Origin: Chrysomallon squamiferum
Lineage: Eukaryota; Animalia; Mollusca
Length of the DNA: 64,000 bases
Direction of reading: 5' to 3'
Assembly (NCBI GenBank): GCA_012295275.1
Contig: CM022675.1
Coordinates: 14,570,001 to 14,634,000, forward strand
In this document: one piece after another, positions 29,741-59,690 of the stretch
Numbering within the stretch: the first letter of the stretch is position 1
Layout of the letters: each line of letters starts with the position of its first letter
The notes under the pieces: generated by a model
What the model was told of the DNA's origin: nothing
Seen by the model: only the letters and a program-made list of their open reading frames with translations
Databases searched by the model: none
Position numbers and translations under genes: made by a program

Positions 29741-31152
29741 ATAATAATAACATCAAGTTTCCAATGATCTGTTTTTGACGATATTATAGATTTTTAAATT
29801 TTATCTTCTTTCTATTACGCTTATTATTATTAAAGACAAATTCAAACTCTCATCAAATTAAAACAGCTTGAATAAGTATTCATAATAAACAAGTAAAATA
29901 AATCCTGTTTCAACGCATTGTTAGAATACACTGATGTATACTTATAAAGTATATTTTTTTAATTATTGTAGGAAATGCTCTATATTTTACCTCTAGCAAT
30001 AAGATATCTTTTATTAGCGCAGACGGAGAACGGTAAGAAGCTGGGTGGGCGCTTTGAAAGTGATCTGCTGTCATTGCTCTGAGGCTAAGTTGAACACTAT
30101 TATTATTATTATTATTCGTTTTGGGATTTGTGAAAATCATTCTAAATAGAACTTTACCAGTGTTTATAATATTATTATTTTTTTTTTTTTTTTTTTTTTT
30201 TTTCCGTGTACTTTGTCATCGTGTGCATGACTCTTTTTTATATATATATATATATATACATTTAAAGTAGAAAGTTATAATTATATCATAATTATCCGTT
30301 TTTCATATAATTTTTATAGAAACCATTAAAAGATTATGATAATTTTATGAACACAGTTCTTTATGCAAAATCTTTCTCGATGATAATATTTTTAATCATT
30401 CAAGAAATGTGGTATCTTTGTTAAATGCAACATAATAAAATGAAAATGACATTATTTTATTATGCTCGGATCGTTCTAGAAAATTCTAGGTGAGTACATT
30501 AAATATAATGTTTTTTTTTGTTTTTTTTTTTTTTTTTATTCAGATCATATTTCAACCGTCAGTGATTCAATATTTGAAACTACATCTATGGTTGTTGATC
30601 GGAAATTAATTTTCGAAATTGGCATTTGTAAAACTGGGCGTCGTATTTTCTAATACTTCGATCTGCATTACTTTGGCGTCCAGTTTAATTAACTTTTAAA
30701 ATTATTCTAACATTTTGACTTATGCTTCCAAATTTATTAACTTTTTAAATTTGAATAAATTTATAATAATGTACGACACAAAACAATTGTCTTTTGTAGT
30801 TAATAGGGTGGAATTATTAGGAAATGGAAAAATTCTATTGCAACATAAATATACAGACAGACAGAAAGAAAGAAATACAAGAAACAAGAAAAAAAAAAGA
30901 AATGAAACAACAAGAAAAATAAGAACAAACACACAGACACACACAAAAAAAAATAATGTGAAGAAGAAGAAGAAAAAATCAAGGAAACAAGAAAATAAAA
31001 AATAAGAAGAAATAAGAAGAACAATAAGAAAATATAAGAAACAAGAAACGACAAGAAAAGAACAACAAGATAAATAAGAAGAAAGACGAAAAAGAAACAA
31101 GGACAGAAATAACAACAAGTAAAGAAGAAAAAAGCAAGAAGAAACAGAAAAG

Positions 31153-31196
<44 letters not shown>

Positions 31197-31284
31197 GGGG
31201 AAATAAATTTGTTTTTAAAATCATTCCTTAGCAGAAAATTGTTTTTGTTTTTATTATTTACACTTCTAACATTTTTGCAGACTT

Positions 31285-31750
31285 TAAATGAAACGAAATA
31301 AAAATGTTTAATAAACGATATTGTTGCATGTTTTAACTATTTACTGTAAACATAAAATATGAAATAAAACAATTTTTAAAATTATTGTGTTTGTTTTTGC
31401 TATTTTTTGTAAGCAGTTATCTATTAAATGAAATAAAATTATTTTTAAAATAGTTGCGTTTGTTATATACTTTCAATGTTTTATGTAAACAATTTATTGT
31501 TAAATGAAATAAAAACGATTTTAAAACATTTTTGAGTTTGTTTTTACTAATTTCTGTAAACTGTTAAGTGAAATAAAAATGGTTTTTAAAATGATTGCGT
31601 TGTTGTTTTTTAATTATTATTATTTTTTTTTAAATTAATTTCTGTAAACAGTTAGTTATTAAATGAAATAAAAATGATTTTAAAACTTTTTTGAGGGGTG
31701 TTTGTTCTTACTATTTTCTGTAAACAGTTAAATTAAAATGATTATTAAAA
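31285..31750. repeat. Degenerate AT-rich tandem repeat with recurring AAATGAAATAAAA and TTCTGTAAAC motifs
   Basis: Motif recurs about every 60-100 bp. Confidence 0.6.
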
Positions 31751-31900
31751 CCAGACTGTGTCTGTTTTCAATACGAATACTGCTAAGAATACTAACATTA
31801 GAAATAATTTAGATTGTAAACTTTTTTAAATAATTTTTTTTTATCTGTTAAGTGTCGAAAGTAAATCAAAATAATTATTAAATATTCCTCACCATTATAA

Positions 31901-31959
<59 letters not shown>

Positions 31960-32126
31960 CTGTATCTTAAATGCAGCGACACGTGAGTCACCTGGTGAGT
32001 TACGACACCCCCACCTCTGTGTGGCTAATACGGGATTATTCATACTTGAAAGTGAATTATCCAGGTCCAGAATATAAAATATTTGTATTAAATCATTAAT
32101 AAAAGGGATGCCGAAACGCCTAATCT

Positions 32127-32239
<113 letters not shown>

Positions 32240-32484
32240 TGTATGTTATAATTAATAATCCACGTCTTATAATTAATAATCCATAGGAATATGAAATCAT
32301 CACAAAACAATATTTTGTTTTCGTTCTGTTTTACTATGTTACTATAAAATGAAAGTTAAGATAATTAACTGAAGTCATTACTTCATTGTTTTCAGCTACA
32401 TTTAATTGACATTGTTGCTTTTATTAGGGGAGGCTCAATATTTATAGTAAGTACGGTAGTTGAATTATCTATCCCAGACTGCTC

Positions 32485-32524
32485 AAACGGAAGTGACTCA
32501 TACGTCAAAGGGAAGGGACACAAA
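32485..32524 (+). promoter_or_regulatory. Putative promoter/5' region of the myosin light chain gene (ETS CGGAAGTG overlapping AP-1 TGACTCA, then CRE-like TACGTCA)
   Basis: aaacggaagtgactcatacgtcaaag lies ~20-40 nt upstream of the ATG; motif matches only. Confidence 0.4.
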
Positions 32525-33287
32525 ATGGTGAGATTTAAAGTTTTGTTAACCAAAATTTGTTTCATTGATTAATTTTAGCTGGAATAACACAGTTATTATC
32601 TTTCGTTTTTATTTTTATAGGCAAAACTATCAGAAGATCAAATTTATGGTATGTAAATATCTTCTTTTTGTTCTCTTTTGGCAACTAAATTAGACTTCGT
32701 TTGCGTATGACGATAAGTATGAGGTTGGTTTTGTTTAACATTCTTGGCGTTCCACTGACGTTATTTTAATATTTAGGTTAACGAAAAGTTTGTTGTTGAT
32801 AGAAAATAAACAAAATAAATTTAACAGTAGTCAATATAATAGGAAATATATCTATATAATGTTTAATTATTAATTAATTATACAATTTTCATTTCAGATA
32901 ATTAGTACATAATAGTTAAAAGTTTAGCCCCGCCCATTATGAATTATGTAATTTAAATTTATTTTTCTGACCATGCAGTAAATTTTTACCACTTTTAATA
33001 GATGCATGTTTTCACACTGGTTTATGGTAAAATTCCTTGATCATTAGTATATTACATAATTAAACATGGAATAGAGCAGCTTAATAATATGGATTATAAT
33101 ATACCACTCCTGCATTATAATTATTTATCTTAATATTAGTTATTGTCTCATCTTTATAAATATAGCAAAATATGTTTTGTCTGTAAAATATACTTATTCA
33201 TGAATCTTCAGTTAGCCGAAACTTATATTTTAGTTAAAAGATACTGCACACATAAATCAGAATTAAATCATTACCAACAAACTGTTT

Positions 33288-33327
<40 letters not shown>

Positions 33328-35211
33328 TAATAAAATTAAATGTTAAACCATTCTCTTATGGTCATTGTGATCCTGTGATCAAAAATACTAATCATAAATA
33401 TTTCCAGCTCAACAGAAGTAAAGTTAATTGTTAGTATTTGGAAAAAATCAAAATAATAATAACAATAATGACATTAATAACATTAAATTAAGAAAAAAAG
33501 TTGTTTTTATACAAAGAGAGTTAGTATGGAAGGTGATTGTATAAAGGTTAAGACAGATGAGTCTTTTAGCAGTTCTTCCAACAGATACGAATCTTATAAT
33601 ATGGATGTAGGACATAATCCCCCCTGCACAGGCAGATAAAAGCCTCCAATTATCACTTTGTTTGATCAACATAATTAATTACTACACAATATCTGATAAT
33701 AAACATTTGAAAACAGGTTTTTGTCCCCTCCACCTGTGCATTTTTGTTCTGGGAGGCTTATTTCCATATCCTTTACAGTACTGTGGACATTCCAGTTATT
33801 TTTAATGAACTGTTTAGTACTTTTTGTTATTACCTTGTTATTTATACTGCTATTGTATTGGACATTATCTTTACCACAACTTCTTTTTATCATTACTTTT
33901 CTTAAATTCTTTAATAATTTATAGAAATCCAGGAAACATTTAATCTCTTTGATCAAAGAGGTGATGGGAAAATCGCTGGTCACCAGTTGGGTGATGTTTT
34001 AAGAGCACTCGGTCAGAATCCAACAGAGGGAGAAATCCGAAAATGTGGATTTTCTCAGAATCCAGGTTTGAACAGTTTTTCTACAATTTCTCCATTATCA
34101 CTTTCTAATTTATTTTCACATTACAAATAGTTAAAAACATTTTGATGTAAAAAGTGACTATTTTGTCATTATCACTTAATAATCCTTACTGTAATGTTAA
34201 TTAATAATTATTCTTTAATGTTTTATTTAAGATGCCCGTATTGCCTTTGAAATATTCCTTCCAATATTGTCAACAATATCAAAGAACCGTGTTCAAGCTC
34301 AGTATGAAGATTTTGTTGAAGGGTTCAAAGTTTTTGACAAAGAACAAAATGGATGTATCCAGAGTGCAGAGCTTAGGCACATTCTCTGTTCATTAGGTAC
34401 AAGCTTTAAAATACAATATACATCAACAACAATGACAAAAAATTGGTAAAATTGCTGGTTTTTTTTTATTATTTTATTTTTATTTTTTTATTTTTTTTAT
34501 TTTTTGTTGTTGTTCTTCGTCTTTGCATATCAGATTACATATGTATAAAATTTATATTGATTATTTCCTTGTCAGAAATGTTAAGTGTTTTTCACCTGTT
34601 TTAAATGCAGCACAAGTATAGTTTTGAGATAAGTGGAAATATTTACTGTTTTACAGTTTATTTATTTATTTTTGTTTATTTATTTTTGTCTAAAGGAGAC
34701 AAACTTACAGATGAGGAATGTGATCAGCTATTTGCAGGTCAAGATGACAGCCAGGGAAATATCATGTATGAAGGTATGTATATAGTTGAATATAAAGTTG
34801 TGTATAATTAAACATGTATATACTTATATGTGTAATGATACAAACACGTTTGTGTTATTGCTTTTATGTCATGTAAGAATACCTGTGTACAACTTAATTA
34901 TATATTTAAAGATATTTTTATCTGAAGATGACCTTTTTCTTTTATAACTTTTTGATGCTTTCTTTTTTAAAACTTTGTTAAACTGAACATCATCTTTTAA
35001 TAATTATATATTATTCATTTTAGATTTGTTTTAAATATTCCTTAATTTACTTTCTAAAGTTTATCTGTATTGGTTTAAATTTGTCTTGACCTAGATAGGT
35101 TAAGTTATTTTTCTCTTGTACGTCAACCTTTGATTGTAATAAAGAGTATAACTCTAACAGATGTAATTCTTTCTTATTTCAGAATTCATCAAGATGGTCA
35201 TGAATGGTTGA
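32525..35211 (+). CDS. Mlc-c: Myosin essential (alkali) light chain, non-muscle type (Mlc-c/MYL6-like), 147 aa, 6 exons
   Basis: Exons 32525-32527 (ATG only), 32621-32648, 33925-34065, 34232-34396, 34696-34773, 35183-35211; all GT-AG, phases consistent, total 444 nt. Translation [52 protein letters not shown]...[66 protein letters not shown] has the EF-hand ELC signatures ([27 protein letters not shown]). Confidence 0.95.
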
Positions 35212-36740
35212 TGCACTGGAATATCATCACTTTTTCTTTTTCTCTTTTTTAAAACTTTCATGATGCTTTATAAAAATAGGCAGATAAAACAAGTGATATT
35301 TACATATGTATTTTGAATAATATTTTTTACATATATGCATAGCTTGATACACAATTTCAGTATCCATTATGTTTAACTTTTAGAAAGGTAGTATAAAAAA
35401 CCCATTATTTGCATAAATATCGTTTTCTTAATTTTTATTATTATATTTTTTTCTCACAAAACATAAATTAATTTTATTACTAAATGGAAAAAAGAAAAAT
35501 CAAAATACAAAATGTAACTCTTTTTGTTTCATTTCATTCAGTTATTTCTTTTTGATATTCAGTAAAAATATCTTTTCATTTTGTCCCTCTTTGAGAAAGG
35601 ATTTTTTTTTAAACCTGTGCAAAATGGTTTTGTATATGTTGTTTTTCATTTTGCTTATAATGGTGCTTCATCTGCAGATGAACTGTGACTTTTAAAGTCA
35701 TATTTGATAAATAGGAAAATAAATTTGTGAAATACATACAACACTAATTTTTTTTTTTATGAATACAAATAGGAATACAAATAGCAAGTAAAATTCAGTT
35801 TCATTAAAATCATGTGACAAATGCATGGTAATAATATTGGTATATACAAGAATAAAATTTTAAATTCTGTTTTCAGATTTCATTATTTTTCAGTTGTTAA
35901 AAAACAATCATGTTCTGAAAATGTTGCTTTAAGTTTAATTTTTATAACCATTAGTATCACTAAATATAAAACTGCTTTGAAGTTTATTTTGATATTTTTG
36001 CGTTGTTAGCGTTTTATTTTGCTTAATAAAATTGGTTAAAACTGATTTTCAAAGATAGTGCCAGATATATTCATGTGATAAATATAAATCCATTCAGATA
36101 TTAAGCTATCCTGCACATATCTTAATTTTGACGATCTATGTTTATTTTAATGATGATGGTAATATCTGCCATGTTGGTTCAAATGTTAGTATTGGATCAC
36201 TTTTTTCTTTTTGATTTTGATTTTATTTTTTTATTATTATTATTTTTTTTTTTTTCTTTGTCATTTATATTTAGCAGCATTTAAAGAATTTGTTGTAAAA
36301 TGTATTCAGTGTTTTTGGGGTGGAGTGGGGTTGAACTGCTTCTGTGTTTCTGTTTGTATTTGATATGTCATTCCAGTGGACCATAAACTAATCTAAATTT
36401 TATTTTTCATTTTGGGTATACTAGGGATCATAAGTAAAAATAAAAAATACAGAAATGCAAATTCTGTTCTTGTGTTATATTTTTATTATATTTAGAAATA
36501 TAAAAAAACAAATTTATGACGAAAAAATACAACCATGGAAGCATTTGACAGTAACATAGACAGGCAGGGGTTTTTTTTTTTGGGGGGGGGGGTTAAATCT
36601 TCAGTATTGACAGTTTCTAGTTGTGCTAATAATACAAATACAGTTAAATGCAATGATTACGTACATTATTTACAATTTTCAATTTCATTATTACAATAAT
36701 AGCCAGTTTATTAAGGATTTTATACATAAAAATTACAATA

Positions 36741-36813
36741 CGACCCTGATGGGACTCGAACCCACAATCTTCGGCTCCGGAGGCCGACGCCTTATCCATT
36801 AGGCCACAGGGTC
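36741..36813 (-). tRNA. trnR-CCG: tRNA-Arg (anticodon CCG)
   Basis: Reverse complement GACCCTGTGGCCTAATGGATAAGGCGTCGGCCTCCGGAGCCGAAGATTGTGGGTTCGAGTCCCATCAGGGTCG (73 nt). Acceptor stem GACCCTG/CAGGGTC, anticodon stem TCGGC/GCCGA with loop CTCCGGA, T-loop TTCGAGT, A and B boxes, and a T5 Pol III terminator just downstream (+ strand aaaaa 36728-36732). Confidence 0.96.
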
Positions 36814-38125
36814 TCGAATGTTGGCACTTTAAAATTGTAATATAGATGAAAACAGAGAATATATGTTTTAAAAGTTTGATATATATATATATATGATGAT
36901 TGTACATAGTGTAACGATTTAGTATTACAGAAATCTCGTTTATTACGTTACGTACTATCCACTCGGCGTCAAAGCCGTTTTACCATAGTTAACATTAGTA
37001 ATATTATAATATTATACTTATGCTACTGCTCGAAGATTATCCTGATGCTTATGTCTCATGTAATGATACTAAACAAAGCCATATATGATATAACCACAAT
37101 TTAAAAATGAAAAGTAAAGGAGAAGAAATAAATCTTAACTTTCGTGCCATAGAAATGTTTAAAGTAATTTCGTTCTTTTTGTCGGCTTCTGTCTACTGCA
37201 GTTAGGCCGGCTTTAATCCGTCCTTTTGTTGAAAAATTAATTGAAAAATTCAGATATTCTTAAAGCTGTTACAATGTATACCGAATGATTAATCAAAGAA
37301 TGATAAGAAAAAAGGGTGGGAGCCTTTAGCAGATAACCACTGATTAAGGATGAAAAAATAATCTTATCAGAATATTTATTTAATAAGTTTAACAACCAAA
37401 GTGAATAACTCCTTGCATATTGTTCTGTTTCAGTGTTTGCTATACGATTACACAGTTCTATGACCATGTCCTTATTTGGAAAAATCAGCAAATGGAACTG
37501 TTTTCTGTTGTCGATAATTAGGACTTCCGAAACAAAATACACGGTCGAAATGAAATGGTGGGGAAGTTATACATATATCATTAAATACACATCATCATGA
37601 TTGCTACATTTTGGGTATCGTGCATTGCCAATGCCATAAATATAGCCATATAGTTTCAAAATACTTTCATGGTAAAAAAGGGTCATAACAAAAATTCGTA
37701 ATTGACACACTGATATATTCGACTTTATTTATTTATTTATTTATTTATTCATATATTTATCATCGTTACTTTTATTACTGTTTTATGACTGTGTGTATGT
37801 ATGACTGCTGCATTTATTCAGACAATATGTTTGGGGTTTTTATAACAGGATCTTAATTCTGTTTGAGTGTTAAATTTATTTAATGCTTTTACTGATTGTT
37901 ATTATGGTAAGTCGTCATCATTATCGTTATTATCATCAGCATCAAGATTTATTTATATATTTATTTGTTTATTTATTTATTTAATAATCATTTATTATTT
38001 AATCCAGATGCAACACAACATCCTTAAACAATTATATATATATATCATGAAAATAAAATATTTTTATTCGATTTCTATTTATGCTGTTCAAAACTCTTAA
38101 ATTATCTCCCCATGAACACACCTGA

Positions 38126-38161
38126 GGTCACGTGATTGGAAAGTTTGGAAAGATGGCGTAA
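38126..38161 (+). promoter_or_regulatory. Putative promoter/5' leader of neurexin IV: E-box GTCACGTGA overlapping an inverted CCAAT (ATTGG), and YY1 motif AAGATGGCG that also forms a minimal uORF (ATG GCG TAA)
   Basis: ggtcacgtgattgg at 38126-38139; aagatggcg at 38150-38158; main ATG at 38173. Confidence 0.5.
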
Positions 38162-38172
38162 AGAGTGGTAAA

Positions 38173-54567
<16,395 letters not shown>

Positions 54568-54778
54568 GACACCAGAGAAGAAAAATAATCTCTCTTAATT
54601 CTGTAACAGACAGGATTGGTCAACATGATGTTGACAGTATCAAGATCTTTACCTGTAACATACAGAAAACATAATATATAAGTAGTGACTTATACAAACA
54701 GTAATTTGATTTAAAATGATTAAACTTGCTGTCTGTACTGTTATATTTACATATCAGATGGGCAATTTATTATCATCA

Positions 54779-54842
<64 letters not shown>

Positions 54843-56841
54843 ACTTTCATAATTCCTTGTAAAGAAACAGAAATTGTAAGCATGAACAAAACCACACATA
54901 ATTTTTAAGAAAAAGAAAAAAAGCACAAAGAAAATTTTGTTAATATTTTATTGAAAAATTTAAGTATGTGGAGTTGTACATCCCATCAAAATGTAACCAG
55001 TTTCCAACCATTTTTTAATACTATTAATATTATTGTTTATTATAACAAAGCTTTAATCAAAATATTAAGTGTGTAAATTAGATTTTAAAAGTTATCATCT
55101 GCAAACAAGATAAAATATCTAAAAATAAGATCACTTTTTCTGTTACTTTGTTTACATTCTTTGTATTCTGTTTCTCTTATTTTGATTTAAAAGTGAACCT
55201 TTTTTTTTTGAAGTATTTTTGAAGAGTCTGTTCAAAGAATTTTGAATATATTTATATATTTTATATATATTAATTGTGATTTGTTTTCAAACAGGTGTAA
55301 AATGTTATTATGCAGATTAAGCATTTAACGCATGCTCTATATTTTAATTAATTTTAATTAATAAATTTTTCTAATTTTGTATTTTACTTAATATTTTGTA
55401 ATTTTTTTTTAATCAGTCTGTTGTGAATATATTATCTGACAATTTTTTCTTGGTTGTGAGGATTATCTTCCCTTGAATTTCATTTCTTGCATTTTTTTTA
55501 CTTCCTAAATCAAATCAGTAAATGAATGTATATATGAATATAATTTGTGCTATTACCGAATATTACAATATTTTTTAAACCACAAAAATAGAAGTGATAT
55601 GAAATTTCATAAAACCATTTTTACATACCTCACTACTGAACAGTCTAAAAAAAAAAAAAAAAAAGATCACAAAAAATTTGCAAATTCAGCAAAAACTGTT
55701 GTTTCGTGATTGTTTAATAATAATTGTTTATCACAGCTCTGCATCTAAAAGTATACATCTGTATATAGTATGCATAAGGAATAGTAATTCATTATCATTT
55801 GTTTTGTTTTGTAATTTCTATCATTCCATGTACAAGGCTTTCCAAATATTTTGTCAATTTAATTAAATTATCTTCATAATAATATTCAATTTGTTCACAT
55901 GATGGTGATTGAAAGATGATAGGTAAAATTGTGTTTATTAATTTTTAGTATTTTAATTTAATTTTTTTTAATATATTGGTATTGAGTCCTTAAATTAGCA
56001 TATATCAAAACAATAGGTATATTATATATTTAAGCAAGAATTTTCATTGGATTATCAAGATAAACATGATTTTTTAAATTATTAGTATTATTGGATAGTA
56101 TAATTATCTTACAAAATCTTAAACTTCTTATCTATTAACGACTTGAGGTACATTTTCAATGGTGAAGACCCATATGTAATGGTTCTCTATATCTGTATAA
56201 AAAAAGTACAGCATTTTTATATTTCAGCATCATTAGACTTGTAAATTTCTTAATAATTAGTAATATTTAGCAGTTTTCACTGACCAGTAGAGAATAATTT
56301 AAACACAGTGTTTGTATTGAAATAATAGAGAAGAAATTAATTTCTAAGACAACATGCTTGTTACCTACATTATCACCTGTAAAACTTAAAGTAAATCCCT
56401 GTACCTGGATGGGTGAATCACAAACACTTCAAGACAAAACGTCTGACACTGTTCAGCATTAACGTAAAAGCATGTAGGTGTTTAAAAATAATGGAAGCTG
56501 AGAAGTAAATTAACAATTAACATTCCTCTGCATTTATTTTTTTTAATTTGTAATTTTTATGATGCAGATCTTTTACTTCTAAACATTCCATTTTATATCA
56601 CCTGCCAGTTTTATTCTCATTTCCTTTGTATATAGATGCAATTTTTGTTAATTTTTAATCAACAAAATGTGGAATTTAAAAAAAAAAAAAAAACTTTTTA
56701 TATACAAAACATATTTTGTATCCCTAATTTTTAAAGTTTTAAATAACAATTAAAAATTAGAAAGTTGTTGAGAACATTCCAAGTTTTGATACTTTTCTCT
56801 ATATCAGGCTTTGCTGTTGTAAAAAGTTTTGATTTATTTAA

Positions 56842-59690
56842 GGGTCATTCCGTGTCAAATCACCCAATGGTTTAAACCCGACCGTCTCAGATTTTTATGA
56901 AACTTGGTATACTTGTTGACTGGGATCCCACAGCACCAAATCTGAAATGTTAGCCCAATCAGACCAGTGGTGTGGGAGATACGGCCCACGGAATTTTGAG
57001 ATTTTTGCCAAAAATGGGTGTGACCACCAACCTTAGAACCCTCATATCTCAGGAACTACTGGGCCAATCTTCATAAAATTGGTATTGTTAGAAAGGCAAA
57101 ATGACAAGGATACCAAATCTGCCATTTTTGTTTAGTTTGGAAAATATTGGAGTACCTTGACCTTTTGACCTTTGCTATGACCTTGAAATTGACCGTGTGG
57201 ATCACGTGATCTTGAGATGACCTTTATTGAAATTTAATCTCCCACATGTTAACTAAAACATATAAAAGTTTCCTGGGTGTAATATGTTTTGTTTAGCCAC
57301 AATATAGATTTAAAAAATGCACATACATGAAAATAACACCTTTTCAGCCATTAACATCTGATTGACTAAAACCGGAATGATCATTTCTGGATTCTAGGAA
57401 TCACCATCTCTCTTGATCATCAAGTAAGACATTGTAGGCCTACATGTATGCATAAAGTTCACATATAAAAGTTTCCTGGGTATAATATTTTTTGTTTAGC
57501 CATAATAGAGATTTAAAAAAATGCATACCTGCATGGATGCTTGATACAATGCATTACAATGTACATTTTCTCTGAGACTAAAAACTCATCTTTGGAGTTA
57601 AAACCCACCTGACATGTCTGAAGGAATGCCTGAAGGATATGAAAAGATGCCAAATGGCATGACATGTTCTACACAATCAGGCTCAAAGGGTTAACAGGAA
57701 GTCATTCTTCAGGCAGGTCAGGAACTCCTTTAGATTCCCTGGTGCAATCCCCATTTAGCACATGGCAATTAGAAGTTTAAGACAAAGAAGTTTCTTCATC
57801 TGCATTTCTTTGACAATCTGAAGCTTTTTAAGTTGGACACAATGTCAGATGTTGATATATAAACAATATTTTTATTTTATAAAACCTATTAAGTAATTTT
57901 ATCATGTCATGTGGGCCTTGCCATTGGTTTTGAACAAGGTTTCAGTCAACAACAGTACAACCCAGTCTGATATCAGACATCATCAAGTGATGTACTGCAT
58001 AATGTATTTGTACACCAAGTCTTCGGCACAGAGTATGAACAAGGTCTACTTCACCTTAATAAACTGTGATTTATACTTGAGAAGATTGACATAAATGCCC
58101 AAGACTTGTGGGCCTTTGGCAATAACACATGTACTCTGCTGCCATTTTATGACCTGCTTAACTTTACTGAAAGGGTTTCAGGATTTGATTTAATATTTAG
58201 GAAAGCACTGACTTTGTTCTATTGAATTGAAGGTGCAGGCCAATACTGAAAATCCTTATTTCTTCCAGGGCTAACTGCAGCTTTAACTCTCCTGAAAATG
58301 TGTGTTATCAACACCATCATATCAAAAAGGAGTTGTTGCGAAGTGTATGGAAAACTGAGGAAATCGAACTCCTCACTCTTTGAAGTGGGATCAAAACACA
58401 GGACATCAAGAGTATCATGAACAAGAACTTTTCATCAAATTTTCAACATTGCCGAAAAACTGTTGTGATCCCCTTAATCGCCACCCTGAGCAAGCACGCA
58501 TTAGATCTTTAAGAATTGTTAGCATGGGCACTTACAAATGCTTAGTAAATCCTCCAAAGACACTAGTGCCTGGAGACAAGTTGTGCTGTGACTGATTACC
58601 CTTCAGAAATCAAAGGTCCTGCAGAGGATGGCTTTAGTATGGGTGGTATTACAATGGGAGAATTTGGTGATAACTTGCCAGAGAAACCGCTGGTTGTTGT
58701 TTCCCCAGAAAAGGACTTTGATTTGAATTCTATTCTGTTGAGTTTAGGCGAAACTCCTGTCAAACTCCAGTCATTAGCACATTCCAGTAAATGAATGAAA
58801 GGACAGAAAAAAACTAGCATCAGCTACAGTAACATTAAAATGACATCTTAATGTCTGAATCCTACCCAGAGTGTGTGCAAATCTTGATTTTGTCACCCTT
58901 TACCATTGAAAGGACAATGAATTGAAGGAGGAAATAATCCAATTTTATGAAAGTGATGAGAACAGTAGAATGTGTCTGGGAATGAAGGATACAGTGAGCA
59001 TTTGAAACAAACATAGTGAGAAGGTTAAGCATCAGAAACACCTAGTTCTCTCAAATTTATGTGAACTTTATGCATACATGTAGGCCTACAATGTCTTACT
59101 CGATGATCAAGAAAGATGGTGATCCCTAGCATCCAGAATTGATCATTCAGGTTTTAGTTAATCAGATGTTAATGGCTGAAAACGTGTTATTTTCATGTAT
59201 GTGCATTTTTTAAATCTATATTGTGGCTAAACAAAAAATATTACACCCAGGAAACTTTTATATGTTTTAGTTAACATGTGGGAGATTAAATTTCAATAAA
59301 GGTCATCTCAAGATCACGTGATCCACACGGTCAATTTCAAGGTCATAGCAAAGGTCAAAAGGTCAAGGTACTCCAGTATTTTCCAAACTGAACAAAAATG
59401 GCAGATTTGGAATCCTTGTCATTTTGCCTTTCTAACAATACCAATTTTATGAAGATTGGCCCAGTAGTTCCTGAGATATGAGGGTTCTAAGGTTGGTGGT
59501 CACACCCATTTTTGGCAAAAATCTCAAAATTCCGTGGGCCGTATCTCCCACACCACTGGTCTGATTGGGCTAACATTTCAGATTTGGTGCTGTGGGATCC
59601 CAGTCAACAAGTATACCAAGTTTTATAAAAATCTGAGACGGTCGGGTTTAAATTTCTTTTTTTTTTGGGTGATTTGACATGGAATGACCC
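56842..59690. mobile_element. Non-autonomous (internally deleted) cut-and-paste DNA transposon with ~620-bp terminal inverted repeats and TTAA target-site duplication; probably Sola (Sola2-like)
   Basis: TTAA (56838-56841) | GGGTCATTCCGTGTCAAATCACCCAA ... TTGGGTGATTTGACATGGAATGACCC | TTAA (59691-59694). Arms 56842-57465 and 59058-59690 are near-perfect reverse complements. GRG...CYC termini, 4-bp TSD and long TIRs fit Sola2/Sola3; the internal transposase remnant supports this. The superfamily call is from recall, not a search. Confidence 0.9.
58270..59075 (+). pseudogene. Decayed N-terminal part of the element's transposase: Cys/His-rich ARL14EP-like domain followed by Sola2-type motifs; catalytic DDD/E region deleted
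   Basis: Broken frames read ANCSFNSPENVCYQHHHIKKELLRSVWKTEEIELLTL*SGIKTQDIKSI / YHEQELFIKFSTLPKNCCDPLNRHPEQARIRSLRIVS...LVPGDKLCCD* / DFDLNSILLSLGETPVKLQSLAHSSK* / FYESDENSRMCLGMKDTVSI*NKHSEKVKHQKHLVLSNLCELYA. The last resembles the FYxxDExSRxxPGxKDxV...QKRLLLxNLxELY transposase motif as I recall it. Multiple stops and frameshifts. Confidence 0.65.
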
